Both the position numbers and the translations under genes were made by a program. From Auanema rhodensis (taxonomy: Eukaryota > Animalia > Nematoda), in contig OZ059897.1 of NCBI GenBank assembly GCA_964057225.1, positions 17,236,001-17,300,000 of the forward strand: a DNA stretch of 64,000 nucleotides, read 5' to 3'. This document shows, in pieces, positions 57,301-64,000 of this stretch. How positions within the stretch are numbered: the stretch's first letter is position 1; each line of letters starts with the position of its first letter. The notes below the pieces were generated by a model. That model was not told the DNA's origin. It did no database searches and worked only from the letters and a program-made list of their open reading frames with translations.

Positions 57301-60300
57301 TAAATTTCAAAGTCATGGTTACCATGCACCAATATCAATAAAAATTTGTTTTTAGACTGATATGGACTTGGGGAATCTAATTTTGAAAATCGCATCTCTT
57401 TATCTTTCACGGGAAGCGAGTTTCATACAAGTGCACATCACGTGTACATTTAATTAGCATAAATTGAAGTTCACCTGAATTTCAAAGTCATGGTTACCAT
57501 GCACCAATATGAATAAGAATTTGTTTTTAGACTAATATGGATATGGGGAATCTAATTTGGAAAACCGCATCTCTTCATCTTTCACGGGAAGCGAGTTACA
57601 TACCAAGTACACATCACGTGTACATTTAATTAGCATAAATTAAAGTTCACGTAAATTTCAAAGTCATGGTTACCATGCATCAATATCAATAAAAATTTGT
57701 ATTCAGACTATTATGGACATGGGGAATCTAATTTTATAAACCGCATCTCTTTATCTTTCACGGGAAGCGAGATACATACCGAGTGCACATCGCGTGTACA
57801 TTTAATTAGCATAAATTAAAGTTCACGTAAATTTCAAAGTCATGGTTACCATGCACCAATATCAATAAAAATTTGTTTTCAGAATAATATGGACATGGGG
57901 AATCTAATTTTGAAAACCGCATCTCTTCATCTTTCACGGGAAGCGAGTTACATACCAAGTACACATCACGTGTACATTTAATTAGCATAAATTAAAGTTC
58001 ACGTAAATTTCAAAGTCATGGTTACCATGCACCAATATCAATAAAAAATTGTTTTTAGACTAAGATGGACATGGGGAATCTAATTTTGAAAACCGCATCT
58101 CTTTATCTTTCACGGGAAGCGAGTTACATACCAAGGGCACATCACGTGTACATTTAATTAGCATAAATTGAAGTTCACGTAAATTTCAAAGTCATGGTTA
58201 CCATGCACCAATATCAATAAAAATTTGTTTTTAGACTAATATAGACATGGGGAATCTAATTTTGAAAATCGCATCTCTTTATCTTTCACGGGAAGCGAGT
58301 TTCATACAAGTGCACATCACGTGTACATTTAATTAGCATAAATTGAAGTTCACGTGAATTTCAAAGTCATGGTTACCATGCACCAATATGAATAAGAATT
58401 TGTTTTTAGACTAATGTGGACATGGGGAATCTAATTTTGAAAACCGCATCTCTTTATCTTTCACGGGAAGCGAGATACATACCGAGTGCACATCGCGTGT
58501 ACATTTAATTAGCATAAATTAAAGTTCACGTAAATTTCAAAGTCATGGTTGCCATGCACCAATATCAATAAAAATTTGGTTTTAGACTAATATGGATATG
58601 GGGAATCTAATTCTGAAAACCGCATCTCTTTATCTTTCACGGGAAGCGAGTTTCATACCAAGTGCACATCACGTGTACATTTAATTAGCATAAATTAAAG
58701 TTCACGTAAATTTCAAAGTCATGGTTACCATGCACCAACATCAATAAAATATTGTTTTTAGACTAATATGGACTTGGGGAATCTAATTTTGAAAACCGCA
58801 TCTCTTTATCTTTCACGGGAAGCGAGTTTCATACCAAGTGCACATCGCGTGTACATTTAATTAGCATAAATTAAAGTTCACGTAAATTTCAAAGTCATGG
58901 TTACCATGCATCAATATCAATGAAAATTTGGTTTTAAACTAATATGGATATGGGGAATCTAATTTTGAAAACCGCATCTCTTTATCTTTCACGTGAAGCG
59001 AGTTACATACCAAGTGCACATCACTTGTACATTTAATTAGCATAAATTGAAGTTCACGTAAATTTAAAATCATGGTTACCATGCACCAATATCAATAAAA
59101 ATTTGTTTTTAGACTAATATGAACATGGTGAATCTAATTTTGAAAACCGCATCTCTTTATCTTTCACGTGAAGCGAGTTTCATACCAAGTGCACATCACG
59201 TGTACTTTTAATTAGCATAAATTAAAGTTCACGTAAATTTCAAAGTCATGGTTACCATGCACCAATATCAATGAAAATTTGGTTTTAGACTAATATGGAC
59301 ATGGGGAATCTAGTTTTGAAAACCGCATCTCTTTATCTTTCACGGGAAGCGAGTTTCATACCAAGTGCACATCGCGTGTACATTTAATTAGCATAAATTA
59401 AAGTTCACGTAAATTTCAAAGTCATGGTTACCATGCATCAATATCAATGAAAATTTGGTTTTAAACTAATATGGATATGGGGAATCTAATTTTGAAAACC
59501 GCATCTCTTTATCTTTCACGTGAAGCGAGTTACATACCAAGTGCACATCACGTGTACATTTAATTAGCATAAATTGAAGTTCACGTGAATTTCAAAGTCA
59601 TGGTTACCATGCACCAATATGAATAAGAATTTGTTTTTAGACTAATGTGGACATGGGGAATCTAATTTTGAAAACCGCATCTCTTTATCTTTCACGGGAA
59701 GCGAGTTTCATACCAAGTGCACATCACGTGTACATTTAATTAGCATAAATTGAAGTTCACGTAAATTTAAAATCATGGTTACCATGCACCAATATCAATA
59801 AAAATTTGTTTTTCGACTAATATGGACATGAGCAATCTAATTTTGAAAACCGCATCTCTTTATCTTTTACGTGAAGCGAGTTACATACCAAGTGCACATC
59901 ACGTGTACATTTAATTAGCATAAATTGAAGTTCACGTAAATTTAAAATCATGGTTACCATGCACCAATATCAATAAAAATTTGTTTTTAGACTAATATGA
60001 ACATGGTGAATCTAATTTTGAAAACCGCATCTCTTTATCTTTCACGGGAAGCGAGTTTCATACCAAGTGCACATCACGTGTACATTTAATTAGCATAAAT
60101 TAAAGTTCACGTAAATTTCAAAGTCATGGTTACCATGCACCAATATCAATGAAAATTTGTTTTTAGACTGATATGGACTTGGGGAATCTAATTTTGAAAA
60201 CCGCATCTCTTTATCTTTCACGGGAAGCGAGTTTCATACAAGTGCACATCACGTGTACATTTAATTAGCATAAATTAAAGTTCACGTAAATTTCGAAGTC

Positions 60301-61800
60301 ATGGTTACCATGCACTAATATCAATGAAAATTTGGTTTTAGACTAATATGGATATGGGGAATCAAATTTTGAAAACCGCATCTTTTCATCTTTCACGGGA
60401 AGCGAGTTTCATACAAGTGCACATCACGTGTACATTTAATTAGCATAAATTGAAGTTCACGTAAATTTCAAAGTCATGGTTACCATGCACCAATATGAAT
60501 AAGAATTTGTTTTTAGACTAATATGGACATGGGGAATCTAATTTTGAAAACCGCATCTCTTTATCTTTCACGAGAAGCGAGTTACATACCGAGTGCACAT
60601 CACGTGTACATTTAATTAGCATAAATTAAAGTTCACGTAAATTTCAAAGTCATGGTTACCATGCACCAATATCAATGAAAATTTGTTTTTAGACTAATAT
60701 GGACATGGGGAATCTAATTTTAAAAACCGCATCTCTTTATCTTTCACGGGAAGCGAGTTACATACCAAGGGCACATCACGTGTACATTTAATTAGCATAA
60801 ATTAAAGTTCACGTAAATTTCAAAGTCATGGTTACCATGCACCAATATCAATAAAAATTTGTTTTTAGACTGATATGGACTTGGGGAATCTAATTTTGAA
60901 AATCGCATCTCTTTATCTTTCACGGGAAGCGAGTTTCATACAAGTGCACATCACGTGTACATTTAATTAGCATAAATTGAAGTTCACCTGAATTTCAAAG
61001 TCATGGTTACCATGCACCAATATGAATAAGAATTTGTTTTTAGACTAATATGGATATGGGGAATCTAATTTGGAAAACCGCATCTCTTCATCTTTCACGG
61101 GAAGCGAGTTACATACCAAGTACACATCACGTGTACATTTAATTAGCATAAATTAAAGTTCACGTAAATTTCAAAGTCATGGTTACCATGCATCAATATC
61201 AATAAAAATTTGTATTCAGACTAATATGGACATGGGGAATCTAATTTTATAAACCGCATCTCTTTATCTTTCACGGGAAGCGAGATACATACCGAGTGCA
61301 CATCGCGTGTACATTTAATTAGCATAAATTAAAGTTCACGTAAATTTCAAAGTCATGGTTACCATGCACCAATATCAATAAAAATTTGTTTTCAGAATAA
61401 TATGGACATGGGGAATCTAATTTTGAAAACCGCATCTCTTCATCTTTCACGGGAAGCGAGTTACATACCAAGTACACATCACGTGTACATTTAATTAGCA
61501 TAAATTAAAGTTCACGTAAATTTCAAAGTCATGGTTACCATGCACCAATATCAATAAAAAATTGTTTTTAGACTAAGATGGACATGGGGAATCTAATTTT
61601 GAAAACCGCATCTCTTTATCTTTCACGGGAAGCGAGTTACATACCAAGGGCACATCACGTGTACATTTAATTAGCATAAATTGAAGTTCACGTAAATTTC
61701 AAAGTCATGGTTACCATGCACCAATATCAATAAAAATTTGTTTTTAGACTAATATAGACATGGGGAATCTAATTTTGAAAATCGCATCTCTTTATCTTTC
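54331..61800. repeat. 18-20-monomer (3.2-3.5 kb) tandem higher-order repeat, two full copies plus partial copies
   Basis: ACCAACATC at 55402/58739 is offset by 3337. ATGAGCAAT at 56318/59831, TCACCTGAA at 57475/60988 and CACGAGAAG at 57060/60573 are offset by 3513. TTTTATAAACC occurs near 54575, 57737, 61250 and 63009. Confidence 0.85.
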
Positions 61801-64000
61801 ACGGGAAGCGAGTTTCATACCAAGTGCACATCACGTGTACATTTAATTAGCATAAATTAAAGTTCACGTAAATATCAAAATCATGGTTGCCATGCACCAA
61901 TATCAATAAAAATTTGTTTTCAGACTAATATGGACATGGGGAATCTAATTTTGCAAACCGCATCTCTTTATCTTTCACGGGAAGCGAGTTTCATACCAAG
62001 TGCACATCACGTGTACATTTAATTAGCATAAATTAAAGTTCACGTAAATTTCAAAGTCATGGTTACCATGCATCAATATCAATAAAATATTGTTTTTAGA
62101 CTAATATGGACTTGGGAAATCTAATTTTGAAAACCGCATCTCTTTATCTTTCACGTGAAGCGAGTTACATACCAAGTGCACATCACGTGTACATTTAATT
62201 AGCATAAATTGAAGTTCACGTGAATTTCAAAGTCATGGTTACCATGCACCAATATGAATAAGAATTTGTTTTTAGACTAATGTGGACATGGGGAATCTAA
62301 TTTTGAAAACCGCATCTCTTTATCTTTCACGGGAAGCGAGATACATACCGAGTGCACATCGCGTGTACATTTAATTAGCATAAATTAAAGTTCACGTAAA
62401 TTTCAAAGTCATGGTTGCCATGCACCAATATCAATAAAAATTTGGTTTTAGACTAATATGGATATGGGGAATCTAATTCTGAAAACCGCATCTCTTTATC
62501 TTTCACGGGAAGCGAGTTTCATACCAAGTGCACATCACGTGTACATTTAATTAGCATAAATTAAAGTTCACGTAAATTTCAAAGTCATGGTTACCATGCA
62601 CCAATATCAATAAAAATTTGTTTTTAGACTGATATGGACTTGGGGAATCTAATTTTGAAAATCGCATCTCTTTATCTTTCACGGGAAGCGAGTTTCATAC
62701 AAGTGCACATCACGTGTACATTTAATTAGCATAAATTGAAGTTCACGTGAATTTCAAAGTCATGGTTACCATGCACCAATATGAATAAGAATTTGTTTTT
62801 AGACTAATATGGATATGGGGAATCTAATTTGGAAAACCGCATCTCTTCATCTTTCACGGGAAGCGAGTTACATACCAAGTACACATCACGTGTACATTTA
62901 ATTAGCATAAATTAAAGTTCACGTAAATTTCAAAGTCATGGTTACCATGCATCAATATCAATAAAAATTTGTATTCAGACTAATATGGACATGGGGAATC
63001 TAATTTTATAAACCGCATCTCTTTATCTTTCACGGGAAGCGAGATACATACCGAGTGCACATCGCGTGTACATTTAATTAGCATAAATTAAAGTTCACGT
63101 AAATTTCAAAGTCATGGTTACCATGCACCAATATCAATAAAAATTTGTTTTCAGAATAATATGGACATGGGGAATCTAATTTTGAAAACCGCATCTCTTC
63201 ATCTTTCACGGGAAGCGAGTTACATACCAAGTACACATCACGTGTACATTTAATTAGCATAAATTAAAGTTCACGTAAATTTCAAAGTCATGGTTACCAT
63301 GCACCAATATCAATAAAAAATTGTTTTTAGACTAAGATGGACATGGGGAATCTAATTTTGAAAACCGCATCTCTTTATCTTTCACGGGAAGCGAGTTACA
63401 TACCAAGGGCACATCACGTGTACATTTAATTAGCATAAATTGAAGTTCACGTAAATTTCAAAGTCATGGTTACCATGCACCAATATCAATAAAAATTTGT
63501 TTTTAGACTAATATAGACATGGGGAATCTAATTTTGAAAATCGCATCTCTTTATCTTTCACGGGAAGCGAGTTTCATACAAGTGCACATCACGTGTACAT
63601 TTAATTAGCATAAATTGAAGTTCACGTGAATTTCAAAGTCATGGTTACCATGCACCAATATGAATAAGAATTTGTTTTTAGACTAATGTGGACATGGGGA
63701 ATCTAATTTTGAAAACCGCATCTCTTTATCTTTCACGGGAAGCGAGATACATACCGAGTGCACATCGCGTGTACATTTAATTAGCATAAATTAAAGTTCA
63801 CGTAAATTTCAAAGTCATGGTTGCCATGCACCAATATCAATAAAAATTTGGTTTTAGACTAATATGGATATGGGGAATCTAATTCTGAAAACCGCATCTC
63901 TTTATCTTTCACGGGAAGCGAGTTTCATACCAAGTGCACATCACGTGTACATTTAATTAGCATAAATTAAAGTTCACGTAAATTTCAAAGTCATGGTTAC

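Larger units (their letters stand above)
1..64000. repeat. Tandem satellite DNA array, 176-bp monomer, ~364 head-to-tail copies (candidate centromeric/pericentromeric satellite)
   Basis: GTTACCATGC starts at 1 and again at 177, recurring every 175-176 bp up to 63996. 364 x 176 = 64064 against 63995 observed, which fits ~69 net 1-bp deletions. No unique sequence seen; the array runs off both window ends. Confidence 0.99.

Noticed and set aside
664-63260. Repeated 60-aa minus-strand ORF (MLIKCTRDV...)
   Set aside because: It spans about one monomer and is open only where a SNP (CAGAATAAT or GACTGAT) removes a stop. It has no recognisable domain and no gene context. Used only as a variant marker.
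1-64000. CRISPR array, integron cassette array or other repeat-spacer system
   Set aside because: There are no unique spacers; the entire 176 bp repeats. No cas, integrase or any other gene is present.
1-64000. Tandem 5S rRNA, tRNA, snRNA or spliced-leader gene array
   Set aside because: I recognised no RNA gene sequence, Pol III A/B/C boxes or cloverleaf, and the unit is AT-rich. An Rfam/Infernal scan would be the formal test.
1-64000. Hidden transposon insertion, inversion or telomeric repeat within the array
   Set aside because: On reading through, every line conformed to the monomer in the same orientation, and ORF-marker spacings are all near-multiples of 176.

Overview
The whole 64-kb window is one uninterrupted, single-orientation tandem satellite DNA array of eukaryotic type. 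The monomer is 176 bp and about 33% GC (hand count 58/176). Approximate consensus: GTTACCATGCACCAATATCAATAAAAATTTGTTTTTAGACTAATATGGACATGGGGAATCTAATTTTGAAAACCGCATCTCTTTATCTTTCACGGGAAGCGAGTTTCATACCAAGTGCACATCACGTGTACATTTAATTAGCATAAATTAAAGTTCACGTAAATTTCAAAGTCATG. There are about 364 copies, differing at a limited set of recurrent SNP sites and two recurrent 1-bp deletions. I saw no genes, RNA genes, transposon insertions, inversions or CRISPR spacers. All listed ORFs are chance reading frames in the repeat, although they are useful as markers of monomer variants. I cannot name the family or the organism. The monomer resembles a centromeric satellite: nucleosome-sized, with several dyad symmetries, a CENP-B-box-like 17-mer and three TCACG/E-box-like sites 32-33 bp apart. 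The array shows nested higher-order repeats (2-, 3-, 6-, 7-, 8-, 10-, 13-, ~19-20-, ~32-34- and ~41-mers) arranged in allele-defined domains, and the two ends are more alike than either is to the middle. Centromeric function is an inference and is not demonstrated by the sequence. All counts and marker distributions were read by eye.
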